A DNA stretch of 64,000 nucleotides from Eledone cirrhosa. Taxonomy: Eukaryota. Both the position numbers and the translations under genes were made by a program. Shown piece by piece: positions 1 through 12,924 of this stretch (position 1 is the stretch's first letter; each line of letters opens with the position of its first letter). Under the pieces are notes generated by a model. It was given only the letters and a program-made list of their open reading frames with translations. It was not told where the DNA came from and did not search any database. The stretch lies in the NCBI GenBank assembly GCA_964016885.1, contig OZ024748.1, forward strand, positions 29,574,001 to 29,638,000, in the 5' to 3' direction.

Positions 1-832
1 ACTCCTCTGTTATAGCCTGAAGGGCAATAATAAATAGTAGGGGGCTAAGAACAGAGCCCTGATGGACACCAACTTTTACGCTAAACTCTTCACTATATTC
101 GTTGTTAATTCTAACCTTACTGACTGTTTCTTTATACATGGCTTGTATAGCTCTCACAAGCCATTCGTCAACACCTAGTTTTCTAAGAGACCACCAGATA
201 ATGGAACGGGGGACTCTGTCGAAGGCTTTCTCCAAGTCGACGAAAGCTAAGTATAGGGGTTTACTTTTAGCTAGGTACTTCTCCTGTAGTTGTCGTACAA
301 TGAAAAGAGCGTCTGTGGTACTTTTGCCTGACACAAACCCGAACTGCATTTCATCTAGATCAATTCTCTCTCTGATTAGTTGCGCTATTACTTTTTCCGT
401 GACCTTCATGACCTGGTCGATTAATTTAATGCCTCTATAGTTACTCCTATCTAGGGCATCTCCTTTACCCTTGTAGCAGTTAATGATGATGCTGTTGCGC
501 CAGTCCTTCGGAACGACCCCATACTGTATGACTTGGTTTACTATCCGGGTGACCATAGTGTGTCCCACCGTTCCAGATGCTTTCAGCATTTTGGCAACTA
601 TTTCCGAAGGCCCGGCCGCCTTGCCCGTCTTCATGTCTTTGATCGCCTTACTTATTATACTACCTTCAACTTGCACTGCTGGTCCCTCTATTGGGTCGAT
701 GTGGGGGAGACTGTCTTTCTCCCAATTATTCTCCTCATTTAGTAGCCTTTCGTAGTGACACTTCCAAGCTACCTTCTTATCAGCGTCAGTGATGGCAAGT
801 ACACCATCATCATTTAGGACACACTTCTCCCC
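1..832 (-). mobile_element. RTE-clade LINE fragment (RT domain, runs off the window edge)
   Basis: Minus strand encodes [49 protein letters not shown]. Confidence 0.9.
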
Positions 833-911
833 GACATATATGTATATATATGTATGTATATGTATGTATATGTATATATATGTATATGTTGTATATATGT
901 ATATGTATATA

Positions 912-970
<59 letters not shown>

Positions 971-974
<4 letters not shown>

Positions 975-1269
975 TTATTAAAATAACAGATTAAAGTTTA
1001 AGCAAAGAATCGCTGCTTTCACCCTTAACGGGATTTTCTGAAACTAACACCGCTCCTATTAATGACGTATTATTCGTTTTTTCCCGTTCTTTGCCAGCGA
1101 ACGTCACCATGAACCAAAGTATCGTCTTCCTGTCTTCCTCCGGTTGCAACGTTTTTTGAAATATCCAGTTCTGCGTTTACAGATTGACTTTGTTAGTTTC
1201 AGAAGATCCCGTTAAGGGTGAAAGCAGCGATTCTTTGCTTAAACTTTAATCTGTTATTTTAATAAATAT
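971..1269. mobile_element. Foldback/MITE-like element with 79-bp inverted repeats (971-1049, 1191-1269)
   Basis: Arms differ at one position; 141-bp spacer; related sequence at 61845-61900 and 62095-62213. Confidence 0.7.
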
Positions 1270-1354
1270 TTGCTCTTCGGTTCTTATAGATTTGATATAT
1301 ATTTTCCTTATCGAGCCCTCTCTGGATTTTAGTCTTCAATTTTATTATTATTAC

Positions 1355-1398
1355 TATATATATGTATATATATGTATATATATATATACATATATATG

Positions 1399-1429
<31 letters not shown>

Positions 1430-1446
1430 GTATATATGTATATATG

Positions 1447-1479
<33 letters not shown>

Positions 1480-1546
1480 GTATATGTATATATATATATG
1501 TATATATATGTATATATATATATATATGTATATATGTATATATATG

Positions 1547-1577
<31 letters not shown>

Positions 1578-1783
1578 GTATATGTATATAAAAATATATA
1601 TGTATATATATATATATATGTATATGTATATAAAAATATATATGTATATATATATATATATGTATATGTATATATATATATGTATATGTATATATATATA
1701 TGTATATATATATGTATATATGTATATGTATGTATATATGTATATGTATGTATATATGTATATGTATATATATATGTATATAT

Positions 1784-1855
<72 letters not shown>

Positions 1856-2051
1856 GTATATATATGTATATATATATATGTATATGTATATATATATATG
1901 TATATGTATATATATGTATATATATATATGTATATGTATATGTATATATATATATGTATATGTATATATATATATGTATATATATATGTATATGTACATA
2001 TAATTATATATGTATATGTATATATATATGTATATGTACATATATATGTAC

Positions 2052-2105
<54 letters not shown>
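1355..2105. repeat. (TA)n/(TATG)n compound microsatellite
   Basis: Read directly. Confidence 0.97.
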
Positions 2106-2809
2106 CATCATCATCATCATCATCATCAACGTTTAACGTCCGTGTTCCACGCTTGCATGGGTTTGGACGGGGGTAGTCCCACTTGAGGCAAGAGTGATTG
2201 TCTTGCTCGCATAGGACTGTCTGGCAGGTTTTCTACAGTTGGATGCCCTTCCTAACACCAACCACATTTACAGTGTGGGTCTGGGAGGTTTTTACCGTGT
2301 TGCCTACACGGCCACATTACAGCGTGGACTGTGTGTTTTTTTGTCGTGACACCTACACGATCTCGTTTGTTTCGGCCTGGATGGCGCGGCACCAACATAA
2401 CTTTACATAGAACGGGGTGGTGTGGACGGGGTGGGGGTGGTGGCGGGACGGGGTGTAGTTTGTTAGAGATGCCTACTGGCAAGGCGGGTCTTCTCTGTTA
2501 CTGAGTACCGCCAAAGGTCACGGTCCAGTGACATTGTCTTGGAGAGGTGTAAGTGTGTGAGGTCGGAGTTTATCAGCTCATCCCATGTTTTTCTAGGTCT
2601 GCCTATTCCGTGGCTACCGTCTATCTTTATTGCCCTGCACTTTGTAATACAGCTATCGACTTTCATGCGCATCACGTGTTCATACCAACGCAGCCTTCTC
2701 TCGAGTAAACAACATCTGATCCCTCTTATCTCTAATTTTTTCCTTAGTTCGTTTATGCTTTGCCGTTCACGTATATTACTGTTACACATCCAGCGGAGCA
2801 TGCAAGCTT
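2105..2809 (-). mobile_element. RTE LINE 3' end with UTR and (TGA)n tail
   Basis: ORF 2463-2801 MLRWMC...RRLRWY.HVMRM...GRPRKTW; (CAT)n on the plus strand at 2105-2128. Confidence 0.85.
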
Positions 2810-2810
2810 C

Positions 2811-2819
2811 GTATATATG

Positions 2820-2871
<52 letters not shown>

Positions 2872-2883
2872 CATATATATATG

Positions 2884-2930
<47 letters not shown>

Positions 2931-3078
2931 GTATATATAGATATATATGTATATATAGATATATATTTATATATGTATATATATATATATATATATATGC
3001 ATATATGTATATATGTCTGTATATATATATGCATGTATATATGCATGTATATATGTATGTATATATATATATGTATAT

Positions 3079-3129
<51 letters not shown>

Positions 3130-3143
3130 TATATACATACATA

Positions 3144-3217
<74 letters not shown>

Positions 3218-3234
3218 CATATATATATACATAC

Positions 3235-3271
<37 letters not shown>

Positions 3272-3282
3272 CATATATATAC

Positions 3283-3333
<51 letters not shown>

Positions 3334-3463
3334 CATACATATATATATACATACATATATACATATATATATACATACATATATATATATATACATACAT
3401 ATATATACATATATACATACATATATATATATATATGTATATATGTATATATATGTATATATG

Positions 3464-3514
<51 letters not shown>

Positions 3515-3531
3515 GTATATATATATATACG

Positions 3532-3562
<31 letters not shown>

Positions 3563-3575
3563 GTATATATATATG

Positions 3576-3606
<31 letters not shown>

Positions 3607-3645
3607 GTATATATATATGTATATATGTATATATATATGTATATA

Positions 3646-3688
<43 letters not shown>

Positions 3689-3709
3689 GTATATATATAT
3701 ATATGTATG

Positions 3710-3743
<34 letters not shown>

Positions 3744-3745
3744 TG

Positions 3746-3786
<41 letters not shown>

Positions 3787-3848
3787 ATGTATATATATAT
3801 GTATGTATATATATATATGTATATATATATGTATATATATGCATATAT
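2811..3848. repeat. (TA)n/(TATG)n compound microsatellite
   Basis: Read directly; the internal block at ~3135-3420 is in TACA orientation. Confidence 0.97.
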
Positions 3849-4196
3849 GGAGGCACATGGCTTAGTGGTTAGAGCATTGGCCTTGCAATCGAAAGGTTGT
3901 GAGTTCAATTCTCAGACCGGGTGGTGTGTTGTTTCCTTGAGCAAGACACTTTATTTCACATTGCTCCAGTTTACTCAGCTGTAGAAATGAGATGATAGGG
4001 ACTGAGGTCCTTATCATTCCACTGCAAAAGTGGTCGTGTAGGTGCCACGGCAAAAAAGCACCCAGCACTCACTGTAAATGAGGTTGGTGTTAGGAAGGGC
4101 ATCCAGCTGTAGAAATCAAGCCAGAATCAGTTCCCGTCCCACCCTTGCAAGCAGGGAAAAGCGGACGTAAAATAAAATGATGATGATGATGATGAT
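3849..4196 (+). mobile_element. tRNA-derived SINE family B (CORE-like body, RTE-derived 3' end)
   Basis: A box TGGCTTAGTGG, B box GAGTTCAATTC, body TCCTTGAGCAAGACACT, tail nearly identical to the RTE 3' end; copies at 26929-27265 (-) and 39525-39857 (-). Confidence 0.8.
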
Positions 4197-4328
4197 ATGT
4201 ATATATATATGTATATATATATGTATATATATATATATATATAACTTTGAATAACTTTGAAATGTTTTGGCCAGTATTGGCCCAGGCCATGTCTAACTTA
4301 ATAGCACCACCTGGCGAAGTCTTTCAAC

Positions 4329-7300
4329 TCAGGATTTGGGCACCATGGCCCATTCGAGAAGGGAATTACTGTTTGCGGAGACATATCCAGGTGTGGGTGG
4401 TTTGTCCCGGATTACATGGAGGAATTTGTCCAAAGACTTCTTGAATTTTGTGTGGTCTGTTTCTGTTTTGACGTGTCCTGGTGTGATGTTGAAGAGAGGA
4501 GGGCCAATTGAGGTGAAATAATTGTGCCGTATTGTTGTTATGTGTTGCGATTTAGATTTTTGTTTGGGACGGATAGCACGGGGCCCAAGCCTTGGGTGTA
4601 TTTTGAAGGTGATGCCAACATCATTTGGGCAGTGCTGATGAAACATTTTCCACATCATGCAGATAATATAACGCTCACGGCGACGTTGGAGTGAGTAAAG
4701 TTTCAGCTTTTCTAGTCGACCCCAGTAGTCAAGGTCTGACATGCCATCTATCTTTTTCGTGATTGCCCTTTGGGGAGCTTCAAGTTTCATGATACTTTGT
4801 TTCGTGTGGGGCGACCACAGTGGACAACAGTATTCAAGGTGTGGTCGGGCAAAAGTGGAGAAGAGAAGGATAATGGTGTGGGAATCTCTCGACTGGAAGG
4901 TTCTGAGGATCCAGGAACACATTCTGCGGGCCATGTCAACTTTGCTGCTTATATGCGTGGCCCAGCTTATGTTGCTGTCCACGGTTACTCCCAAGTCTCT
5001 GATGTTGTTAGATGCCACGAGAGTTTCACCGGAGGGAAGGGAGTACGGGAGTTTCAGAGCATCCTCTTTTCCATAGTGGATCAGTTCGAATTTGTCTTCG
5101 TTCAGTAACATGTTGTTCTTTTCCGCCCATTGGGTAACAGCCAGTAGGTCTGACTGAAGGCTTATCCGGTCATCCACGCCATTGATGACCTTTTGGAGCT
5201 TGGAATCATCAGCGAAAATTTTAATGTTGCTGTGTTTGATGATGTCAGTGGTGTCATTAATATAGATGATGAAGAGAAGTGGGCCCAACACAGTGCCTTG
5301 TGGGACCCCACTACTGACTTTGGCTGGGATGGATTTGACTCCTTCGACTACAACATGTTGGGTTCTGTTTGACAGGAAGCTCTTGATCCACTGCAGCAGC
5401 CTTCCAGTGACACCAATATTGGACAGCTTTCTCAGTAGAATGTTGTGATCAACCCTGTCAAAGGCCTTGCTGAAATCAAGGTAGATAACATCAGTGTTGG
5501 AACCCTCTCCCAAGGCTCTCAAAATGTCATCAAAGTGATGCAGTAGCTGCGTCAGGCAATCCCTTCCATTACGGAATCCATGCTGGTTGGAGTTCAGCAT
5601 ATTGTTACTCTCAAGGAAGTGGGTCATTCGCGATTTCACCACTCTCTCAAATACCTTAATGATATGAGAGGTGAGTGAGATTGGACGGTAATTCACGGCA
5701 AGGGATTTGTTTCCTTTTTTGAAAACTGGGATAGAAGGTTTTCTGGCACATATCCAGCATCCAGTGAGTTCCGCCACAGATTGGCAAGAGGAGATGCAAG
5801 TTGGTGTTGACACGCCTTCAAGACACAAGCAGGGAACCTATCGGGACCTACTGCTGAATTATGCTTGATTTCCTTTATTGCCGTTAAGACATCAGGGGCG
5901 CCAAACGTTATGTCCGATAAGGTGTAATGGGGAGTAACATCGCCGATATAGCCCAGATCGGCCATATCAGGATTGCTGAAAACAGAGCAGTATTGTTTCT
6001 GCAGTATCTCACCCATGGTTTTAGCATTGTCTTAAAGAGTGCCATTTTCATCAATTAGAGGGCCAACAGTAGAGCCAGTGATTTTGTGTTTTTTTACAAA
6101 TGAAAAGAACACTTTGGGATTGAGTTTGATCTTCTCAATGGCCCAGGCCTCTTCAGCTCTTCTCTGATTGTTGATGATAGACATCATATTGTTTTGGAGG
6201 TTATGTTTTTTAATCTCTAGTGATGAAATGGCAGTCAAGTTTATGTGTTGCTGCTGACAGTATTTCAGCTTGTTGATTTTTTTGTTAGTTCTCTTAATTT
6301 TCCTGATGAGCGTTTTTCTATTTCTAGGGATTCTGCTCTTAGATTTGTTTATAGTTCTTAATGGGGTGTGTTTTGCACATATGTTTGTAACAGTGTCCAC
6401 AATTGTCTGCCAGGACTTTTTGATGTTAGTGGGTGTATGAGTGTGCGTGAAGGACCAGTCGACATGTGCAAGATCATGACTGATCGCTTCCCAGTTTGCA
6501 TTGTGGAAATCCATAGCGTCAAACGGGTTTGTATATTGGACGGTGGAATATCAGATCACAGAGAACCATGTCATGATCAGAGAGTAGAGTTTTCTCCACT
6601 GCAATATTGTGGATGTTGTCAGTGTGATTGCTGAAAATTAAGTCTAGGACGTTTTTGTGGGACCTCGTTGGTTCGAGCACCAGTTGGGACAGGAAGAAAT
6701 CATCCATGAAGTCAAGAAGCGATTCCACTGCTTCCCTGTCGGAGGTTGAGGCAGAAGAACCTGGTGGCAGGCTGTTTGTGGACCAGTCAACTCCGGGGAG
6801 GTTGAAGTCCCCCATCATTAAGATGTCAGGGTGACACTCTTGGATGAAACACTTTATGCTGTTGAGGCATTCCTTGAAGCATGGTAGAGGCGTTTGGGGT
6901 GGCCTATAGAGCCCAACTACTATTAGGTTGTTGGTTTGACTGAATACAGTGACTGCTTCGCAGTATCCATTAGTAAATATGTTCATAGCCTCTGTTGAGA
7001 AAGAATTATGGACATAAATGGCAGTCCCACCCTTTCTTCTGCCAGCGCGATCAGCACGGATGGCTTTGAAATTTTTCACTTTCACCTCGGCTTCCAAGTG
7101 GAGGTTACTGAGATGGGTTTCAGTGAGGACGAAGAAAGGGATGTGGTTTGGATGGACATCAACCCAGTCCTCCAGGAATTTGATCTTCCATTTTTGAGTA
7201 TTGGTGGAAGGGCTGATGCCTTGGGCGTTAAGCAAAAATGTCGAGGCGAGAGTGGATGGTTTTAATTGCTTTGGTGTGTTGTTAATTTGTTTGTTTGTTA

Positions 7301-7330
7301 ATGGCAGCAATGGGAGTTTGTGCAGTGGGG
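4329..7330 (-). mobile_element. CR1/L2/jockey-group LINE ORF2 (APE endonuclease + RT), disrupted by two frameshifts and one stop
   Basis: EN motifs LNAQG, LTETHL, GDFNLP, LDLIF, SDHDMV (6519-7358). RT motifs NYRPISLTS, QHGFR, YLDFSKAFD, GVPQGTVLGPLLF, FADD (4329-5828). In-frame TAA at 6032-6034. Confidence 0.92.
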
Positions 7331-7335
7331 TTATT

Positions 7336-7639
7336 TGTATATATATATGTATATACATATATATATATATATGTATATATATATGTATATATATGTATAT
7401 ATATATATATATGTATATGTATATATATGTATATATATATATGTATATATATATATGTATATATATATATGTATATGTATATATATATGTATATATATGT
7501 ATATGTATATATATATGTATATATATGTATATATATATATGTATATGTATATATATATGTATATATATGTATATATATATATGTATATGTACATGTATAT
7601 ATATATGTATATGTATATATATATATATGTATATATATG

Positions 7640-7670
<31 letters not shown>

Positions 7671-7728
7671 GTATATGTATATATATATGTATATGTATAT
7701 ATATATGTATATATATATGTATATATAT

Positions 7729-7776
<48 letters not shown>

Positions 7777-7901
7777 GTATATGTATATATATATGTATAT
7801 GTATATATATATATATGTATATGTATATATATATATATGTATATGTATATATATATATATGTATATATATATGTATATATATATATATGTATATATATAT
7901 G

Positions 7902-7932
<31 letters not shown>

Positions 7933-8137
7933 GTATATATATATGTATATATATATGTATATATATATATATATGTATATATATATCTATATATATGTAT
8001 AGGTATATATATATGTATATATATGTATATATATATGTATATATATATATGTATATATATATGTATATATGTATATATATATGTATGTATATATATATAT
8101 GTATATGTATATATATATGTATATATATATGTATATG

Positions 8138-8168
<31 letters not shown>

Positions 8169-8170
8169 AT
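7336..8170. repeat. (TA)n/(TATG)n compound microsatellite
   Basis: Read directly. Confidence 0.97.
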
Positions 8171-8446
8171 TTGATTTCCAGCTTCTACAGCTTCTACAGC
8201 CCACTATCTTTCACACACACACACACTCACACATATACACACTTACACTTATACACACACAGTTACACACACATATATATTTATACACACATATCTTACG
8301 GCTTTCACACGCTAGCGCACCCTCTTGATTTAACCCATTTGGTCAGTAGCTTTTGCCACAGCCTATCACGCGCACGCGCATTCTTTCCCTCGTTTAAATT
8401 TTAAATAATTTTCTCCGCTTGGCCTGTTCCCCCCCTTTTGGAACTT

Positions 8447-8482
8447 TCCCCCGTTGATGGGCGTGAGCCCGAAATATTGGGA
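8447..8482 (+). ncRNA. Degenerate minimal hammerhead-like motif
   Basis: UCCC-CcGuUGAu-GGGC-GUGA-GCCC-GAAA-UA-UU^GGGA. Stems I and II and GAAA intact; two core substitutions. Confidence 0.35.
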
Positions 8483-8629
8483 TTAAATCTCCACTACGGT
8501 AACCCTTCTACCTTTGTTTTGTTTTCATCTTTGTCTCTCTCAATTTTCACTTTCACCTGTTTTTCCTATCTATCTTTCACTTCCTACCTCGAGATTTCCC
8601 TCTGCATTGTTGTGGCTTTCTTAACTACA

Positions 8630-8795
8630 TATTTATATATGTATATATATATGTATATATATGTATATATATATGTATATATATGTATATATATATATGT
8701 ATATATATGTATATATATATATGTATATATATATGTATATATATATGTATATATATGTATATATATATATGTATATATATATGTATATATATATG

Positions 8796-8826
<31 letters not shown>

Positions 8827-9452
8827 GTATATATATATGTATATATATGTATATATATATGTATATATATGTATATATATATGTATATATATGTATATGT
8901 ATATGTATATATATATATGTATATATATATATATGTATATGTATATATATATGTATATGTATATGTATATATGTATATGTATATATATATATGTATATAT
9001 ATATGTATATGTATATATATATGTATATATATATGTATATGTATATATATATGTATATATATGTATATGTATATATATGTATATGTATATATATATGTAT
9101 ATATATATGTATATATGTATATATATATATGTATATGTATGTATATATGTATATATATATATGTATATGTATGTATATATATATGTATATATATTTGTAT
9201 ATATATATGTATATATATGTATATATGTGTATATATTTGTATATATATATGTATATATATGCATATATGTGTATATATTTGTATATATGTGTATATATAT
9301 GTATATATATGTATATATATGTGTATATCTTTGTATATATGTGTATATATATGTATATATATGTATATATATATGTATATATATGTATATATATATATAT
9401 GTATATATATGCATATATATATGCATATATATGTTTATATATGTGTATATAT
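8630..9452. repeat. (TA)n/(TATG)n compound microsatellite
   Basis: Read directly. Confidence 0.97.
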
Positions 9453-9617
9453 ATAGAGAATTAGTATATCTACCAACATATGTATACAGATGTATACCTA
9501 TGCTAGCAAATATATATTTTATGTCTTAGTACCTTTGGTTCTATGCAAGGGGATGCAGAACAATTATATGAAAGACATAAAATAAGAAAATTTTAAAATT
9601 AACTTACTAAAATTTTC

Positions 9618-9699
9618 ACTCCAACTAATTAGTTTCTGTAAGGGAATAAATATAGTTACGCAACGCAACTATAGAGAAATCCTTACGTCATCAGGGAGT
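9618..9699 (-). ncRNA. Type I hammerhead ribozyme motif, copy 1
   Basis: Minus strand: ACUCC-CUGAUGA-cGUAAGG...(hairpin UAUAGUUGCG/CGUAACUAUA)...CCUUACa-GAAA-CUAAUUAG-UU^GGAGU. Perfect 5-bp stem I, palindromic stem III ACUAAUUAGU, C-A mismatch at the base of stem II. Confidence 0.75.
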
Positions 9700-10144
9700 C
9701 TATTCTCAGCTAAGATCCCAGGCAATGCGCGGACACTAGGAACCCATATAAAAATAATAATTCAGTGGATGGAAAAAAGCGAGCAGGGACTAGATTCCAG
9801 GGCACTGAAAAAATTCACTGCCTACTTGGTCAGTGGCAAATTCTAAAGAATCAATCACGTGACACTGAGTTAATCAGTGAGGAGTGGAGTGGTAATCAGA
9901 CAAGAGCCTAACTACTACCATGAACCATAGTAATTTCAGCAAGTTTTGCTCAACAAATAATTTGGAGATAAATATAGAGAATTAGTATATCTACCAACAT
10001 ATGTATACAGATGTATACCTATGCTAGCAAATATATATGTTATGTCTTAGTACCTTTGTGGTTCTATGCAAAGGGATGCAGAACAATTATATGAAAGACG
10101 TAAAATAAAAAAATTTTTAAATTAACTTACTCACTAAAATGTTC

Positions 10145-10226
10145 ACTCCAACTAATTAGTTTCTGTAAGGGAATAAATATAGTTATGCAACGCAACTATA
10201 GAGAAATCCTTACGTCATCAGGGAGT
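10145..10226 (-). ncRNA. Type I hammerhead ribozyme motif, copy 2
   Basis: Same as 9618-9699 except one substitution in the internal hairpin; offset 527 nt. Confidence 0.75.
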
Positions 10227-10231
10227 CTATT

Positions 10232-10260
10232 ATATATATATGTATATATATATGTATATA

Positions 10261-10330
<70 letters not shown>

Positions 10331-10448
10331 TATATGTATCATCATCATCATCATCATTTTACGTCCACTTTTCCCTGCTATATATATATATATGTATATG
10401 TATATATATATGTATATGTATATGTATATATATGTATATATATATGTA

Positions 10449-10497
<49 letters not shown>

Positions 10498-10670
10498 GTG
10501 TATATGTATATATGCATATATGTATATATATGTATATATGCCGTCTAACCCATGCTAGCGTGGAAAATGGACGTTAAACGAAGATGATGATGATGACGAT
10601 GCATATATGTGTATATGTATATATATGTATATATATATATATATTTATGTATATATATATATATATATGT
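10232..10670. repeat. (TA)n microsatellite with embedded RTE-tail fragments
   Basis: Read directly; (CAT)n plus TTTACGTCCACTTTTCCCTGC and CCCATGCTAGCGTGGAAAATGGACGTTAAAC tails. Confidence 0.9.
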
Positions 10671-12609
10671 GTAAAATAATAATGTACTCTGCTTTCTAGC
10701 ATGTGCAACTTAAATTGATGTTGATTTTTCAGATATTTCCAGTCCTAAAGATATTTTCCGTGTCCTGATGTATATTAATCACATATTAATAAAACTTCTG
10801 GACATTAATAAAAGGACAGAAGTGCTGCTCAAAAAAGGTAGGGATCAAAACTTTTTCTTCCATTAATGTTTGAGTGAGTGTTTTCATTAATACTTGTGTT
10901 TGTGTGTGTTGTGGCTTATATTTACATTTCATGTGTACACAATCACACAACACATGACATCATCATCATCATCCTGCTTTTCTATACTGACTTAGGTTGG
11001 CCATCTGTTGTTCAGCATCAGTACAGCGTCCTAAAATGGTCCAGCCATTTCCTCTTCCTTTCTTTGGGCCCTGTTCCCTGGATCTGACTCAAACATCTTC
11101 TCTTCCTCTCTGTTGATGATCATCCAGCTCTTCTGGATTCATATATATTGTATATTTTATAACCAACAGCCCAATACTCTTCAAAACAGCATCAGGCAGA
11201 AAGTATTATGGCAGGTGTCAAGACAGAACATACATTATTTATTTCCAAATCAAAAGTTCCTTTCGAGTTTTGGCTTCCCCCTTATCTTTATGAGTGTAAG
11301 TAACTTTTATTTATTTTGCTTTTCTTTCATTTTTAGGGGAGGGAGGGCTAACAACCTGCCAACTTCCCTTGTGCTGGTGCTGCAATAAAATGCATCCAGT
11401 ACACTATAAAATGGTTAAGGAAGTGTACCCAACCTTAGAACCATGACAAAAATAATTAAGAGGAAGCTTTGGTTTTGTTTGGTACTAATGCTACAATAGC
11501 ATGATGTGTTCCCCAGCAGTTCTAGTAGGATAGAAGCTTGTATTAAGTAATGACTTGGTCTGTAATTATCCCTCCAACCTATGCTAGCATGGAAAAATGA
11601 ATCATGCTGGAAAAGTGACTGCATTATTTTTGTTACAGCTTACACCTGAAGTATGAACACATTAAAACTAATGGTTTTGTATCATAAAACCAGGTGTGGT
11701 GTCAGGCAGGTTATCAACAAAAGAGTTAATCAGTACCTCTTCAGGATTAAGCTATTCTGTCATGGGAGATTGCTAGAAAACTAATGAGGATGAAGACAAA
11801 TGTTTGTCAAATGTTCAGATGTACCAGAATATGGTAATCTCTTAAACATCTTGGAATGATTTAGTAGAAAATATCTAAAAATGTATTTGTTAATTCAAAT
11901 GTTTATAGTTTCTTTACTGGTGAACAGGTATCATTGTGAAAAATACAGTATTAGGCTAAACTTGAACTTATATGATGCCATTGTAGTGCTGTTTTCTACT
12001 TTCCAAGAATATATTGCTAGCATAATTTCATGAGGTAAATGATGTTAAGAGTTAACCCTTTTGTGATTGTATTTCTAATGAAATAAACTCTATTTCAGTT
12101 AATTCATCATCATCATCAAAGCATTTTGAGGAATTTACCAAAATTATTTCAGTGTAATAAATAGTTCTTAAATTATGTTGAAAGATTTTAATTTAAATTG
12201 TAGGAATCCCTTAAAATGGGCAGTTTTGTTTCATAGAACCAGAGCCAGTTTTGGCCTTTTTTTAAAAAAAATTAATTTAAAAAAAAATCAAAATGGTAAT
12301 ACAGCAAATTACATTTAAATTTTGCAATGAAAGTTTAAACGCATTTTAAAATATTGATTTGTGGTCTTGTGCTGATATTAGAAATTATTATTATTATATA
12401 GCATTTGAACGTCGGAAGGAACTGTCATTGAATCTGTCCTACACAAGTTTGAAAGAACTGAACATGTATTGGCAACTAAGCCACCAGCTGCAGTTAAACA
12501 TATTGTCTGAATACCTGCTGGAGTTGTTTGCTAATAGCCTGATATTTCTGTTGTCATCAGCTGATGTCCCCAAAAGGTAAAGATAACATTTGGGCTCTTG
12601 GTATATTAT

Positions 12610-12793
12610 TTAACCCTTTTTTAAGCATATTTCTAATGAAAGCCATTCTTTAAATAACCAAGAATTCAGAAGGATTTAGTAATATTACTTTCACCAGTTC
12701 TTACTTAAAAGTTATGATGGAAAGCTTTTAGATAAATGTAAATAGCTTTAAACAGTTTAGTAGTTTCAGGCAGTTTGATATCAAAAGGGTTAA
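12610..12793. mobile_element. piggyBac-type MITE (TTAA-CCCTTTT...AAAAGGG-TTAA)
   Basis: TTAA flanks at 12610-12613 and 12790-12793; CCC/GGG termini; related degenerate copies elsewhere (e.g. ends at 12052, 14192, 35152, 61039). Confidence 0.6.
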
Positions 12794-12924
12794 CCCTCAT
12801 AATATCAACTCAGCCTCTAGTTCTATGACACAAATCCACTCATTTTAAAAGGATCCTATTTGCATTATTAAAACCTTGCAGGATAAGTTTATATTAAACC
12901 CTTTTGTTATACAAATTCAAATTC

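Larger units (their letters stand above)
9451..10231 (-). mobile_element. Retrozyme/Penelope pLTR-like element: ~255-bp direct repeats (9451-9704, 9972-10231), each with a hammerhead, around a ~270-bp unique spacer
   Basis: Near-identical direct repeats visible directly; TA microsatellite on both sides; no ORF. Confidence 0.65.

Noticed and set aside
3849-3920. tRNA-like sequences with A and B boxes
   Set aside because: They are SINE heads followed by SINE body and tail; no complete cloverleaf.
1259-10577. Long Tyr/Ile/Met/Cys ORFs of 200-375 aa in many frames
   Set aside because: Translations of stop-free (TA)n/(TATG)n microsatellite, open in several frames on both strands.
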